DNA of 64,000 nucleotides, from NCBI GenBank assembly GCA_030639005.1, contig DAOWDN010000164.1, positions 17,369 to 81,368 of the forward strand, read 5' to 3'. The notes under the pieces were generated by a model. The model saw nothing but the letters and a program-made list of their open reading frames with translations. It ran no database searches and was not told the DNA's origin. A program made the position numbers and the translations under genes. The stretch is from Bacteroidia bacterium. Its GTDB lineage: Bacteria; Bacteroidota; Bacteroidia; Bacteroidales; GCA-2748055. Shown here piece after piece: positions 36,804 through 47,466 of this stretch; within the stretch, counting starts at the first letter, position 1, and every line of letters begins with the position of its first letter.

Positions 36804-39498
36804 CGATATAAGACAGGCATTATGGCTGAAAATCAGCCTGTTGTTATTGCTGCTTTGTGCTGCAGATCCTCTTGCGGCTCAGCAGGAGCACCTCCCCCTT
36901 ACCCTTCATTTTGATGAGAAGACCATGCGAACTGTTCTGGACAGTATCGAAGTGCAGTCCGGACTCAGTTTTTCATACAGTTCCAGGCTGATTGACGAGC
37001 AGGAGCTGATAACCATACATCTTTCGCAAGTAAACCTGGAGCAGGCGCTGGGGGAGTTGTTCCGCAAGCGGAAGGTGGCATTTAAGGTGGTGGAGCGCCA
37101 GATCGTATTAAAGAGAGCCAGGCGCCTCAGGGTGGATGTGCAGGCTTCTGTGGTGGCTGATAGCAGCGGGGTACTACCCGTGAGGTTTACAGTAAGTGGC
37201 TATGTGAAGGATGCCTTAAACGGTGAGGTGTTGATCGGGGCGACCGTGACCATCCCGGGGGGAACGGTAGGGACCATCACCAACAACTATGGTTTTTATT
37301 CCATGACCCTCCGCAAAGAAGTCAGGGAATTGCTGTGTTCCTACGTGGGTTACCGGAACCTGGCAATTCCGGTACATGCAGTTGGGAACCAGACCGTCCA
37401 TTTTACTCTGGAGAAGGAGGTAGCGCAGCTGCGCGAAGTGACCATCTATTCCGGTGAAGGGGAGAACATCATTCGTACCACCCGAAGCTCCGAGGAGCAG
37501 CTTCATCCCGAAGCGGTGAGGAAGATGCCTGCCCTGTTCGGCGAGAAGGATGTAATCAAGTCCCTGGCAGCTGTTCCGGGGATCAAATTTTTTGGCGACG
37601 GATCAACCATCTTTTTTGTGAGAGGTGGAAGCCGGGACCAGAACATGATCACCATCGATGAGGCCCCGGTCTACAATCCCACTCACCTGCTGGGATATTT
37701 CAGCACCATCGTTCCCGATGCGGTCAAGGATGTGACGATCTACAAGGGAGATTTCCCGGCCAATTACGGGGGAAGGCTTTCCTCCTTAATTGATATCCGG
37801 ACCAAAGACGGGAACATGAATCGCTTTGGGATGGATGGCAGTGTGGGATTGCTCTCTTCACGTCTTTCAATGGAGGGGCCCCTCTGGAAGGAGCATATCT
37901 CTTTTTTTATGTCGGGTCGACGCTCCTACATCACCAGGCCGTTTCAAAAGTGGAACAAGAATATCCAGGACCTGCACTTTTCGGACCTCCACCTGAAACT
38001 GAATTACCACATCAATTCCAAAAACCGGGTATTCTATTCCATTTACAGGGGGGAAGACAATTTTGAAGCGGAACAACGGGCAGGTTTCTCTACCGGGATC
38101 AACTGGACCAACAGTACCACCACCCTTCGGTGGAACCACCTTTTTTCCGACCGGCTTTTTTCCAACCTGACCCTCCTGGGTTCCCGGTATGATTACCGGC
38201 TCTATATGAACATTCAGGAGAATGATTACTGGAATTCACGCATCGATAACCTGACCCTGAAGTACGACTTTACACATTACATAAATACAGGATATACCCT
38301 CCGTTTTGGCTTTCTGGCAGCCGGGCATTTTCACGATCCCGGGAATATCTACCTGGGGGGAGCGGAGTGGGACCCGGGATACGATCTTTCGGTCAAACAT
38401 ACTCGCGAGTATGCTGCCTATGTTTCCAACCAGTTTATTATCAACAATGAGCTCTCTGTGAGGGCGGGACTGAGATTTACAGTCTGGCACAACATTGGGC
38501 CGGCTACCGAGTATCACATCATCCAGGCCAACGGGAGCGACATTCCCAGGGATAGCATTGCGGTGAGGGAGTACCCCGGGGGTGAGGTGTATCACCAGTC
38601 ATTTGCAGTGGACCCAAGGATCAGCATGGTCTGGCAACCGGACGCAAGGAATATATTTAAGCTCAGTTACAGTCGCACCAGCCAGTTCCAGTACCTGATT
38701 ACCAACTCCATCAGTCCGTTCACTTCGCTTGAAGTATGGATCCCCTCCGGACCCAATGTTCCGGATCAGCATGCGAACCAGTATACGATAGGATATACAC
38801 GCCGGACAGCTATTTCCGGTCTTAGTTTCGAGATTGAAGCCTATTATAAAAAGATGAAGAATCTGATCGATTACCGCGACCATGCCCACATGCTGATGAA
38901 TCCGCTTGTGGAGGAGGAACTGCGGTTTGGAGAGGGACTGGCATACGGGTTGGAGACCCTTCTGAAGAAGGATCATGGAGCACTCACGGGATGGATCTCC
39001 TACACCCTCTCCCGGGCCATTTCGGAGGTGGAGGAGATCAACGGCGGAGAACCCTATCCCACTTACTCCGACCGGCCGCACGATTTTTCTGCTTACCTCT
39101 CCTGGGCATTTCACCCTAAACTTACCCTTACAGGAAACTTCACCTACATGACCGGGGCCCCCTTTTCCACTCCCACCGGTTTCTACTACTATGACAACCA
39201 CCAGGTCCCAATCTATGCAGAGCGCAATAACGACCGCTTGCCCAATTATCACAGGCTGGATGTGGCACTGAACTGGCAGCTGAGCAAACCTGAAAGGAGA
39301 AGTATGCATGAGCTGATCTTCTCTGTGTACAACCTCTATAACCGAATCAATCCGGTGGCACTGCATTTTAACAAGACCCTGAATGAACAGGGCGATTTTG
39401 TGGTGCCTGTTGATTTTTACACCGATCCGAAACTCTACTCCACCCAGTACTATCTCTATGGGATCGTACCCTCTGTCAGCTATCATTTTAACTTTTAA
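36781..39498 (+). CDS. TonB-dependent receptor with an N-terminal STN signalling domain and a carboxypeptidase-regulatory-like domain
   Basis: The STN-like segment is MRTVLDSIEVQSGLSFSYSS...LEQALGELF and the CarbopepD_reg-like segment is FTVSGYVKDALNGEVLIGATVTI. A plug and barrel follow, ending ...SVSYHFNF. Confidence 0.9.
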   Translation: MGKDVMNSDIRQALWLKISLLLLLLCAADPLAAQQEHLPLTLHFDEKTMRTVLDSIEVQSGLSFSYSSRLIDEQELITIHLSQVNLEQALGELFRKRKVAFKVVERQIVLKRARRLRVDVQASVVADSSGVLPVRFTVSGYVKDALNGEVLIGATVTIPGGTVGTITNNYGFYSMTLRKEVRELLCSYVGYRNLAIPVHAVGNQTVHFTLEKEVAQLREVTIYSGEGENIIRTTRSSEEQLHPEAVRKMPALFGEKDVIKSLAAVPGIKFFGDGSTIFFVRGGSRDQNMITIDEAPVYNPTHLLGYFSTIVPDAVKDVTIYKGDFPANYGGRLSSLIDIRTKDGNMNRFGMDGSVGLLSSRLSMEGPLWKEHISFFMSGRRSYITRPFQKWNKNIQDLHFSDLHLKLNYHINSKNRVFYSIYRGEDNFEAEQRAGFSTGINWTNSTTTLRWNHLFSDRLFSNLTLLGSRYDYRLYMNIQENDYWNSRIDNLTLKYDFTHYINTGYTLRFGFLAAGHFHDPGNIYLGGAEWDPGYDLSVKHTREYAAYVSNQFIINNELSVRAGLRFTVWHNIGPATEYHIIQANGSDIPRDSIAVREYPGGEVYHQSFAVDPRISMVWQPDARNIFKLSYSRTSQFQYLITNSISPFTSLEVWIPSGPNVPDQHANQYTIGYTRRTAISGLSFEIEAYYKKMKNLIDYRDHAHMLMNPLVEEELRFGEGLAYGLETLLKKDHGALTGWISYTLSRAISEVEEINGGEPYPTYSDRPHDFSAYLSWAFHPKLTLTGNFTYMTGAPFSTPTGFYYYDNHQVPIYAERNNDRLPNYHRLDVALNWQLSKPERRSMHELIFSVYNLYNRINPVALHFNKTLNEQGDFVVPVDFYTDPKLYSTQYYLYGIVPSVSYHFNF

Positions 39499-39501
39499 GT
39501 C

Positions 39502-40344
39502 ATGAAGCAGTATTATAGATTCAGGAACAAGTGGATTGGGAAGGGAATACTACTTATGGCAGCAGTCACCCTGTTGCTCTCCTGCGATAAACAGGTGGAC
39601 TGGGATCTGAATTACCAGGAGGTGGACCTTCTGGTGGTGGAGGGGAAAATCACCAATGAAGCGGGGCCACATGAGGTCAGACTGACCACACCCCTGTATG
39701 AGATGAACGGTATCCCGGAGCCGGTTTCCGGTGCGGAGGTGGAGATCAACGACGGTACTGCGATCCATGAGCTAAGCGAGGATCCGGGTCGGGCCGGGGT
39801 ATATCTTACCCCTCCCGGGTTTGTCGGAGAGGTGAACCACTACTACCAGTTAAGGATCCGGCACGGATCAAAGAGGATATCAGCCGTTACCAACATGGTA
39901 GAGGTTACCCCGTTTCAGCACATGCATGTCTACCCGGTCCAGGATGATCCTCCCCTGCTGGGTGCAGTAATCAACGACAGCGATGTGCCGGCTATTGTGC
40001 GTATGGAACTGGACTGGAGCCATGTACCGGGATATGAAAACGAACCCGATTCGGCCACTCATGCCGTGGTCTATCATTATACCCTGAATGGTGTGGATGT
40101 GAATAAGCTGTTTAAGCCCGCCCAGGAGCAGGTAAGATTTCCACCGGGTACACGGGTATTCCGCGAAAAGGAGTCTGTGAACGGATGGTATGGCGAATTT
40201 CTGAGGGGAGTGTTGTCCGAAACTGACTGGCGGGGCGGAATGTTTGATGTGCTTCCCGGGAACGCCCGCACCAATATGCAGGGAGAGGCCATCGGTTTTT
40301 TCACAGCAGCTGAGTTAATTCGCGATACCATTGTGATCAGATAG
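39502..40344 (+). CDS. DUF4249-like lipoprotein partner of the TonB-dependent receptor
   Basis: Lipobox LLLSC, a size of 280 aa, and a start 4 nt after the receptor stop. This pairing is common in Bacteroidota. The call rests on recognition only. Confidence 0.55.
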   Translation: MKQYYRFRNKWIGKGILLMAAVTLLLSCDKQVDWDLNYQEVDLLVVEGKITNEAGPHEVRLTTPLYEMNGIPEPVSGAEVEINDGTAIHELSEDPGRAGVYLTPPGFVGEVNHYYQLRIRHGSKRISAVTNMVEVTPFQHMHVYPVQDDPPLLGAVINDSDVPAIVRMELDWSHVPGYENEPDSATHAVVYHYTLNGVDVNKLFKPAQEQVRFPPGTRVFREKESVNGWYGEFLRGVLSETDWRGGMFDVLPGNARTNMQGEAIGFFTAAELIRDTIVIR

Positions 40345-40346
40345 AA

Positions 40347-42632
40347 TTATCTCTGAACTTCAAAAGTATAGGTAAACTTCACTGTGATGTTTCGCTGATC
40401 GTATACAGGCAGATTGGGCACCTCCCGATCGAGCCAGGTATTGCGACCCTCATTAAACACCACATAAAGGTCGGTGCCCTCTCTGGGATTGTATCTGAAC
40501 CGAATGTTGGAAATAACCTTATTAATGGCGCTGTTGTACTGAACAAAAGCAGAAAGTGAGACTTTGGTGGAGAACATATAGAGCGCCCTCAGGCCTGCAA
40601 TGTGGTTATTGAGGATCTGGTTGCGGTCGGGAAACCGGATGAGGTCCAGCCGGTAGATGCCCCCCAGTTCCACAGAAGCACCCAGGTTCCATTTGGGTTC
40701 CATGCTGGGAGACAGTTTGTACCCGTCAAAGTAGCCTCCTCCTTCAAACTGGAACACAGTGTAGAACGAACGGGTACCGGGAGTCTGTAACATCATCTCG
40801 GCACTCAGGTACTGGTACTTACCTGCCGGAACAACCACCGGGTCGGCTATTTCAAACTCCTCCTCCAGCTGATCAATTCTGTAAACCAGACCCACGGAAC
40901 CCATCCAACTATTTTTTGAACTAAAGAACCAGGTGGGATTGAGGTTATATATCATCAATGAGTAATCAGGGATCCGGTAAAAAATATAGTTGAACAGCCT
41001 GATGTAGTGGGACTGCAGCCACGACTCATCCGGGGAGATCCAGGTATATTGCAGACTGGGTGCGCTTGCAACGAAGTCATCGATCATTTTAAATCCTATG
41101 CCGGGATCAAAAGCTGTCCCGGAGTAGGCAAATCCGGCCGAGTAGGACAACCCCTCCTGCTTTCGTCGCTCCCAGTTCATCATGATCCTGGAGGGATCCA
41201 TGGAGAGGGGATTGTTCTCTGCACTGTCCCGGAAGGTCTGTGCCCAGCGGAGGGTCAGGTAGTCATCCCCAAATACCCTGACTACTCCGTCTACTCCGTA
41301 AGCAATATTATAAGTTCCATCAACTCCCAGCCTGGAGGTAACCATGCCCCCCACGTAGGAGTATTCATTAAAGACTCTCTTCTTTACCCGGAACGCGCCG
41401 AAATTCTCTGAAGGCAGGTCATCAAATGATGCAGTCTGAAGATTCAGAAGGCCAATGTCCCAGTTGTTGATCCTGCTGTTTAAACGGGCGCCTCCCCAGA
41501 TCCTCACCGGATCTCCTTCGTACAAACCGATCTGACGGCTGTAAAACAGGTTGTCCTGACCACCCAGGGAAAAGTCAAATATGCTGCTCCGTTCCAGGAA
41601 GAATTTCCGCTTCTCCGGGAAAAACAGGCTGAACCGGGTCAGGTTAAACTGCTGGTCGTCTGCCTCCACCTGTGCAAAATCGGTGTTGACTGTAAGGTCG
41701 AGCACCGTATTTGGATTGATCCCATACTTGATGTCCAGTCCAGGTTCAAACTTAAAGTCTTCGCCATACTCATAGGCGGTCTCAGCATCGTTCAGTTCAT
41801 TCTGTTGTTCGAACCCGGTGAGCAGGTAGGGAGTGATGTGTAGTGGTTTTTTTGGGCTCAATTCTTCAAACACCACCTCTTCATAAAGGGAAGGTTTTAA
41901 TGTGCTGGTGGGACCCCATTCGTTGGAGATGGCCGGGAAGACATCTCCTTCATCTTTGGCAGGGATCATGCGAAAGAAACTGATCCCCATCACAGTTTTC
42001 CCCTCTGTATCCTGGAAGCGCAGACTGGAGATGGGAATTTGCATCTCCACGTACCATCCCTTATCGTCATAGCTTGTTTTTACCTCCCAGAAGGTGTTCC
42101 AGTCCATATTCATGGGCATCTGGTCCATGGTGGGGGTTCCGTCATTGCTTACGGCTCCGTCCCAGCGAAGCCCCAGGGGATTGGTGAAAAAAAGCAGGGA
42201 GTTCTCCTTGTCATTGTAAGTGTCGAAACTAACCCCGAACCAGTCACAGCTCCGGGAATTCATGTCCCTTTTCTTCCCGATGGCCCGAATATAGGATGGA
42301 TCAGATACATAAAGTAATGCTCCTACATAAACAAACTGATCGTCATATCCCATCCTGATCACAGATTGTTCCGAGGGCGGATTCCCGAATACAGGCAGAT
42401 GAGAGATCAGGGGAAAGGGTTCGAGATGCTCCCAGGCAGCTTCATCCGGAATCCCGTCAAACACAATTGCTGAGTTCATTTTCCCAATGACCCGGCGATC
42501 CTGATCCTGCGATTGGGCTGGGAGCGTGCTAAACGCCAGGGTGAATAGTACCAATATGAGGGATGCGATCCTAATGGCCGGATAGAATGTTTTGAGGAAG
42601 ATAAAATTAGGACAAATATCGTTCTCGGTCAA
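40347..42632 (-). CDS. Large secreted or outer-membrane protein (CBM9-like N-terminus with a DUF5916-like barrel)
   Basis: 761 aa with a signal sequence, a beta-rich body and a C-terminal ...KFTYTFEVQR. The family call is tentative. Confidence 0.45.
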   Translation of the reverse strand: MTENDICPNFIFLKTFYPAIRIASLILVLFTLAFSTLPAQSQDQDRRVIGKMNSAIVFDGIPDEAAWEHLEPFPLISHLPVFGNPPSEQSVIRMGYDDQFVYVGALLYVSDPSYIRAIGKKRDMNSRSCDWFGVSFDTYNDKENSLLFFTNPLGLRWDGAVSNDGTPTMDQMPMNMDWNTFWEVKTSYDDKGWYVEMQIPISSLRFQDTEGKTVMGISFFRMIPAKDEGDVFPAISNEWGPTSTLKPSLYEEVVFEELSPKKPLHITPYLLTGFEQQNELNDAETAYEYGEDFKFEPGLDIKYGINPNTVLDLTVNTDFAQVEADDQQFNLTRFSLFFPEKRKFFLERSSIFDFSLGGQDNLFYSRQIGLYEGDPVRIWGGARLNSRINNWDIGLLNLQTASFDDLPSENFGAFRVKKRVFNEYSYVGGMVTSRLGVDGTYNIAYGVDGVVRVFGDDYLTLRWAQTFRDSAENNPLSMDPSRIMMNWERRKQEGLSYSAGFAYSGTAFDPGIGFKMIDDFVASAPSLQYTWISPDESWLQSHYIRLFNYIFYRIPDYSLMIYNLNPTWFFSSKNSWMGSVGLVYRIDQLEEEFEIADPVVVPAGKYQYLSAEMMLQTPGTRSFYTVFQFEGGGYFDGYKLSPSMEPKWNLGASVELGGIYRLDLIRFPDRNQILNNHIAGLRALYMFSTKVSLSAFVQYNSAINKVISNIRFRYNPREGTDLYVVFNEGRNTWLDREVPNLPVYDQRNITVKFTYTFEVQR

Positions 42633-42654
42633 ACAACCGACACGATGTCTTTAA

Positions 42655-42876
42655 CTAGTACATCCCTTCCAGCAGATCCTGGAGCCTGCGCTTTAAATGG
42701 TCGGCCAGATGCAGAATCCCCAGGATTAGTAACAGGAACCCAAGCAAAAGGATAAAGGAGAGAAACCCGTCACTGGGTCTTCCGGTACCTCCCCAAAGGG
42801 GCAGGGAGGCTGTCATCCATAAGGATGCCGCTGTGATTTTTCTTTTTTTGATCATCTTTAAAGTCCAGATAATCAA
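42655..42876 (-). CDS. Small hypothetical membrane protein
   Basis: 73-aa ORF with two hydrophobic segments. Support is weak. Confidence 0.3.
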   Translation of the reverse strand: MIIWTLKMIKKRKITAASLWMTASLPLWGGTGRPSDGFLSFILLLGFLLLILGILHLADHLKRRLQDLLEGMY

Positions 42877-43009
42877 TCATTTACAAATTTAATCGAAAAA
42901 AATCCCAAAGTCAATAGGGGTAGACCCGGCGCTAAGGTGTGCTACTAGTGAAACCATAAAAATGGAAACAGTAAACCATTAAATAATTATTCATTAAAAA
43001 TCAGAAATC

Positions 43010-44128
43010 ATGAAAAAGTTATCGTTTTATTCGTTTGTAGTTTTCCTGCTGGGTATCCTGTTTTTCACTGCGTGTGAAAATACATTTGACAATGGTCCCG
43101 GACTGGACGAAAGCACCATTCTACCCGAGCAGCTTTCCATAGATATTCCTTCGGCTCTGTCCCAGGATGCATCAATATTGAAGAGTGCTCCGGTGGTTGA
43201 CACCCTCAAAGGCAGGGAGATCTACGGTCACCTTCGGTTTTTCATCCATGCGGGTGATCATGCCGGACGTACGGTGAAACATATTATCTATGCCATTCGC
43301 AGGTACAACATCGACCAGGTGAAGACAGTCACCTACGAAAGTGAGGATGACGGGCGCATCAAGAACCTGGTGGTGGTGGAAGGACCAGAGTTTGATGGTC
43401 GTACCTGGGAGTACGGACTCACCATTACCGATGCGGAATCGGAAGGCGAACCCGATGGCGGAAAAGCCATGCAGATCTTCTGGAATCATCAGAACCCCAA
43501 AGAGGGTATTACCCTGATCAAACCTTATAACCTGGATCGAACCAATGAGAGAGAGATGGCACAGGCCATGTTTCGGATCGATTACAGCGGTGCCGGTGAA
43601 CTGGGGTACGACCGCCACATGATTGTATCCATTGCCGACATGCCGGCCATCGATCCCTTACTGGCTCCTTTTGCCATGGATGGCATGAAGATGTTTGTGG
43701 GTAAAAAAGGTGACAAAGTAGACGTTTATGGAAACTCCAGCCATCCCAATGCCAAGTTCCTCACCGAGAAGGTGGGTTACAACTGGGCCTTTGTTGCTTC
43801 GGCTTCTGTAGAGGATGATGTGGCTGTGGTTGAACTGGGTCTTCCTCTCAGCACTGTTGATGCAGAAGGCCGCGCCGTTTTATTGGAGGAGAATTCCATC
43901 TACAATGTGCTTTACAGCGAGGTGAAAACTATCTGGCCCCATGCAAGTGATGAGATCCTGAATGCATGGCTGACCAACACCGAAGCTCCCGGTTTCTTCA
44001 ACAAGCATGGTTTTATTCAGGGGGGTGAGGCTCCCGGAGCTGAGTATCTCCCGCTGGTTGACAGGATTGCCGGACTGGCTCCGTATAATCCCAAGGCCAT
44101 TGCCAACCTGGAGATAAACTTCAATTAG
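43010..44128 (+). CDS. Hypothetical lipoprotein
   Basis: Signal peptide and lipobox (LGILFFTAC). 372 aa. Confidence 0.6.
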   Translation: MKKLSFYSFVVFLLGILFFTACENTFDNGPGLDESTILPEQLSIDIPSALSQDASILKSAPVVDTLKGREIYGHLRFFIHAGDHAGRTVKHIIYAIRRYNIDQVKTVTYESEDDGRIKNLVVVEGPEFDGRTWEYGLTITDAESEGEPDGGKAMQIFWNHQNPKEGITLIKPYNLDRTNEREMAQAMFRIDYSGAGELGYDRHMIVSIADMPAIDPLLAPFAMDGMKMFVGKKGDKVDVYGNSSHPNAKFLTEKVGYNWAFVASASVEDDVAVVELGLPLSTVDAEGRAVLLEENSIYNVLYSEVKTIWPHASDEILNAWLTNTEAPGFFNKHGFIQGGEAPGAEYLPLVDRIAGLAPYNPKAIANLEINFN

Positions 44129-44166
44129 GGTTAATGATAGAGTGATCAACCGTTTTCGGAGATCCC

Positions 44167-44202
44167 AACCCCGTTCGCTTTGGCGGACGGGGTTTTATTT
44201 TT
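44167..44202 (+). terminator. Rho-independent terminator
   Basis: aaccccgt-tcgctttggcgg-acggggtt is an 8-bp GC-rich stem with additional inner cgc/gcg pairs, followed by ttttattttt. It lies 39 nt after the lipoprotein stop. Confidence 0.65.
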
Positions 44203-44281
44203 CCTGTGGAGTTATGTGATCCATGGGATGTTCATTTCTTCTGCCAGAAGGTATCCGATTATTTGTTTAATTTTAAGTTAT

Positions 44282-47200
44282 ATGTGGAAGCGCTTAGGAA
44301 AACTGCTTCAGATAGCCCAGGGAGACCGGTTCATGATTGCAGCCTTGCTATTGCAGGCTTTCTGTACCGGAATTTTTGCAGGCAGCCTGGAGCTTGGGGT
44401 CAATACTTTGTTCCTGGAAAATGTGGGTGCCGATGGCTTACCCCTTGCCTTTATGGTTTCGGGAGCGGCTGGTATTCTTGTAGCCTCAGGTTACAGCTAT
44501 TTTAGCAGGCAGTTGAGGGTCCGGGCTTACGGGATCCTGAATCTGGTGGTGGTACTTGGAGTGACCGGAGTGTTACTTGTTGGTTTTATAATGTGGAACG
44601 GTGCGGCGGAGGACCTTTCTAATTTCGTTTATTACACTGTTTTTGCCTTTTCTTTCCCCCTGGTCCTGATCACTCTGCTCGGTTTCTGGACCACTGTTCG
44701 GGGATTTCTTACTCCAAGCCGGGGGAAACAGTTAAGCGGAATAATCGAGCTTGCCCTGCTTGGGGGGATGCTGCTGGCATTCCTGGCAACTCCGGTACTC
44801 GTTGGTCCTGATTTCGGGATCCATTATATACTCTTTATCGGATTGGGGAGCCTGGTCATTGCTTCTGGTTCTCAGCTCTATGTGCTTTCGGGTCATGGCT
44901 CGCGCCGTGGGCCATTCAGTAGCAGGGTCCAAACTTCAGGTCCCTACAAACTTTTCTCCCACAGATACACAGCCCTGATGGCTTCTTTTGTGGTGATGGG
45001 GATCATGGTGGCCGTACTCCTGCACTATGTTTTCCTGTCTGAAACCGGCAGCCGGTTTCACGGCGGGACTGAGCTGGCGGAGTTCCTGGGCTATTTTTTC
45101 GCAATTGCAGTCTTCTTGGGCTGGATGTTGAAACGGGTGTTTTTCGGGTGGTTCAAACGAACCTTCGGGATCAGCATGACTCTTCTGTTATCGCCCGTGG
45201 TGTTGCTGCTACTGATGATTCTTTCGGCCATAGCCGGAGAAAGCTGCTTCAATAGTGGTGGAACGCAGCAGTGTGTCTACTTCTTTCTGCTGATTGTTTT
45301 TGCCGCTCTGGCCAACCGGTCCCTGAAAGACTCCATGGAGAATCCTTCCATGAACCTGGTCTACCAGTCGCTCGATCCTCGGGAGAGGATCAATGTCCAG
45401 ACAGGTATTGAAGGGATATTGAGCCAGGTTGGAGTTTTCTGTGTTGGGCTGTTCCTGCTCGGATTTGTCAGGATAAGGTTTGAAGAGCCGTTCCATGTGA
45501 CATTTGTGTTGTTTATTTTACTCATAGGATGGTTTTTTGTGGGTCGGGCGCTTTATCAGGGGTACCAGAGGCTGTTAAAAGTGACCCTTGAATCGGACCG
45601 CATTCTCGATCCGGTGGATCTGAACTTGAAGGAGATCGTTCAGTTTGATCTTGAGAACACAGCATTCCCCACAGAATTACTTGATTTCAATCCTTACTAT
45701 TTTCTACAGGGTTCCAGGGATAAATTGATGTTGCTTCTCTCTCATAAGCGACCGGAAATTCGTGAGATGGCCTGGGATTATTTTATGGGAACCTCTCCGG
45801 GAATGTATGAAGTGACTATCAGGCAACTTCTGGTAAGTGAAAAGGAAGTAAAAATCAAGGAGAAGATAAGAGAACTGAGCAAGCGGAAATTAAAGACCAA
45901 ACCCAACCTGCAGGAGGCTTTTATCAGGGAGCGTCTCAATAAGTTTAGCAAAGTCAGCAAAGAGCCGGAAGATACCATTGGTGATGCATTTCAGTCGGAG
46001 AATAATCATGAGATCTTTGCGGCCCTCTACCTTGTTGCTGAGGAGCATGACAGCAGTCATCTGAACGATGTGATATCCTTGTTCGGGGATGAGGATCTCC
46101 AGATCCAGAGTGCAGCCATCTCCACTGCCGGGTCAATTAAACTGGGAAACAATGGGGTGAAAATCATCGATAAGCTCGATCATCCCGATCTGTACCCAGT
46201 GGCATGGTCGGCTATTGTAAATCAGGGAGAAAAAATCCAGGAAGAGCTTGAAACAGCCTTCTACAAACCCGATGTGAGCATCGTGCTGCAGAAACGCATT
46301 GTCTCTGCAATTTCAGCTATCGGAGGTGACCGAGCCATACAGTTCCTGCTCCACACGCTGGAATACCAGAATCGTGAGGTATTTCAGGCAGTGGTTTACG
46401 GATTGTACGAGACTCAGTTCCAGGCTGCAAAGATCCAGGAGGTCATGATACAAAATGCCATTCTCAGGATGGTTCGTGCAGGAACCTGGATCATGGCTGC
46501 TAAAATTTCAGTACGGGCAGATGACCCCGGGGGATCTATTGCCAGGGTCATCGAACATGAGTTATGGGAGGTAAATGAATTGATCCTGATGCTGCTGGCC
46601 ATGATCTTTGACAGGCGCTCGGTCCACAGGATCAGGATCAGTCTGCTCGACAGGCAATCGGACGACCGGGGCATGGCCATAGAGCTCTTGGAACTATTGT
46701 TAAATCAACCCCTCAAACCGGTCCTGGTAGCCTATTTCCATGACGTTTGTGTAAGAGAGAAAATTGACAAGATCAAGGTTTTTTATTCGGTAGATGTGTT
46801 CCCGGTGGATATCCTGTTGAAAAGGATCCTGAATCGAAATGGTACCCAGCTGGGCGATTTTATCAGAATCTGTGCACTGGAAAGGATGGGGAGTGAGGAT
46901 CGCTTCTTTGACAAACAACAAATTATTGCACAGGGATTTCACCCCAATCCAAGGATTCGGGAGATAGCTGCCCATCTTCTGAAAAAATATGATCCGGAAC
47001 AGTATCAATTGATTTCCGATAGACGGGACTTTCCAAACCATATTTCTCCCATAGATGATCATATGGTTCAATGGTACATCGAAACCACCATGGAGCTGAC
47101 TACGTGGAAGTTGTTCCAGAAAGTCGGGATCAATTCACTGTTTTCTCTGGTTACCATAGCCAGGCCCTTTTCCGAAAAATCGCAGGTGAATGAGAATAGC

Positions 47201-47437
47201 GTGATTCTTGTCAGATCGGTTTCAGCTGAGGAGTTTTCAACTCTTTCAGACGGGATCGCAATAATTGCATCCCATCAGCCTGAAATTTTGGAGCAGATTC
47301 ATTATCTTGGCACTATCGGAGCATGTGAGGCATTCCTGGTTGACAGGAAGGAGTTTATTGAGCTTCTGTTTGATGACAGGGCTCTGCTGCATGTATTCTG
47401 CAGTTTCTTAAACCAGGCTAACCAGAAGTCGGTTTAA
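44282..47437 (+). CDS. Polytopic membrane protein (MFS / ATP:ADP-translocase-like N-terminal half) fused to HEAT-like repeats and a C-terminal cNMP-binding-like domain
   Basis: About 12 hydrophobic helices cover the first ~430 aa. Helical repeats follow (e.g. LFGDEDLQIQSAAISTAGSI, RAIQFLLHTLEYQNREVFQAVVYGL), then a beta-rich C-terminus. I chose the ATG at 44282 because the track start at 44180 lies inside the terminator hairpin. Confidence 0.55.
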   Translation: MWKRLGKLLQIAQGDRFMIAALLLQAFCTGIFAGSLELGVNTLFLENVGADGLPLAFMVSGAAGILVASGYSYFSRQLRVRAYGILNLVVVLGVTGVLLVGFIMWNGAAEDLSNFVYYTVFAFSFPLVLITLLGFWTTVRGFLTPSRGKQLSGIIELALLGGMLLAFLATPVLVGPDFGIHYILFIGLGSLVIASGSQLYVLSGHGSRRGPFSSRVQTSGPYKLFSHRYTALMASFVVMGIMVAVLLHYVFLSETGSRFHGGTELAEFLGYFFAIAVFLGWMLKRVFFGWFKRTFGISMTLLLSPVVLLLLMILSAIAGESCFNSGGTQQCVYFFLLIVFAALANRSLKDSMENPSMNLVYQSLDPRERINVQTGIEGILSQVGVFCVGLFLLGFVRIRFEEPFHVTFVLFILLIGWFFVGRALYQGYQRLLKVTLESDRILDPVDLNLKEIVQFDLENTAFPTELLDFNPYYFLQGSRDKLMLLLSHKRPEIREMAWDYFMGTSPGMYEVTIRQLLVSEKEVKIKEKIRELSKRKLKTKPNLQEAFIRERLNKFSKVSKEPEDTIGDAFQSENNHEIFAALYLVAEEHDSSHLNDVISLFGDEDLQIQSAAISTAGSIKLGNNGVKIIDKLDHPDLYPVAWSAIVNQGEKIQEELETAFYKPDVSIVLQKRIVSAISAIGGDRAIQFLLHTLEYQNREVFQAVVYGLYETQFQAAKIQEVMIQNAILRMVRAGTWIMAAKISVRADDPGGSIARVIEHELWEVNELILMLLAMIFDRRSVHRIRISLLDRQSDDRGMAIELLELLLNQPLKPVLVAYFHDVCVREKIDKIKVFYSVDVFPVDILLKRILNRNGTQLGDFIRICALERMGSEDRFFDKQQIIAQGFHPNPRIREIAAHLLKKYDPEQYQLISDRRDFPNHISPIDDHMVQWYIETTMELTTWKLFQKVGINSLFSLVTIARPFSEKSQVNENSVILVRSVSAEEFSTLSDGIAIIASHQPEILEQIHYLGTIGACEAFLVDRKEFIELLFDDRALLHVFCSFLNQANQKSV

Positions 47438-47466
47438 GAAATTGGTGTGGTTGATATCGATATTAA

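Noticed and set aside
38599-39486. 295-aa minus-strand ORF inside the TonB-dependent receptor gene
   Set aside because: It is antisense to a confidently assigned receptor CDS and its sequence is low-complexity and implausible.
44180-44281. Track start (non-ATG) of the large membrane protein at 44180
   Set aside because: It lies inside the stem-loop and T-tract of the terminator at 44167-44202. The ATG at 44282 (MWKRLGKLL…) is the more plausible start.
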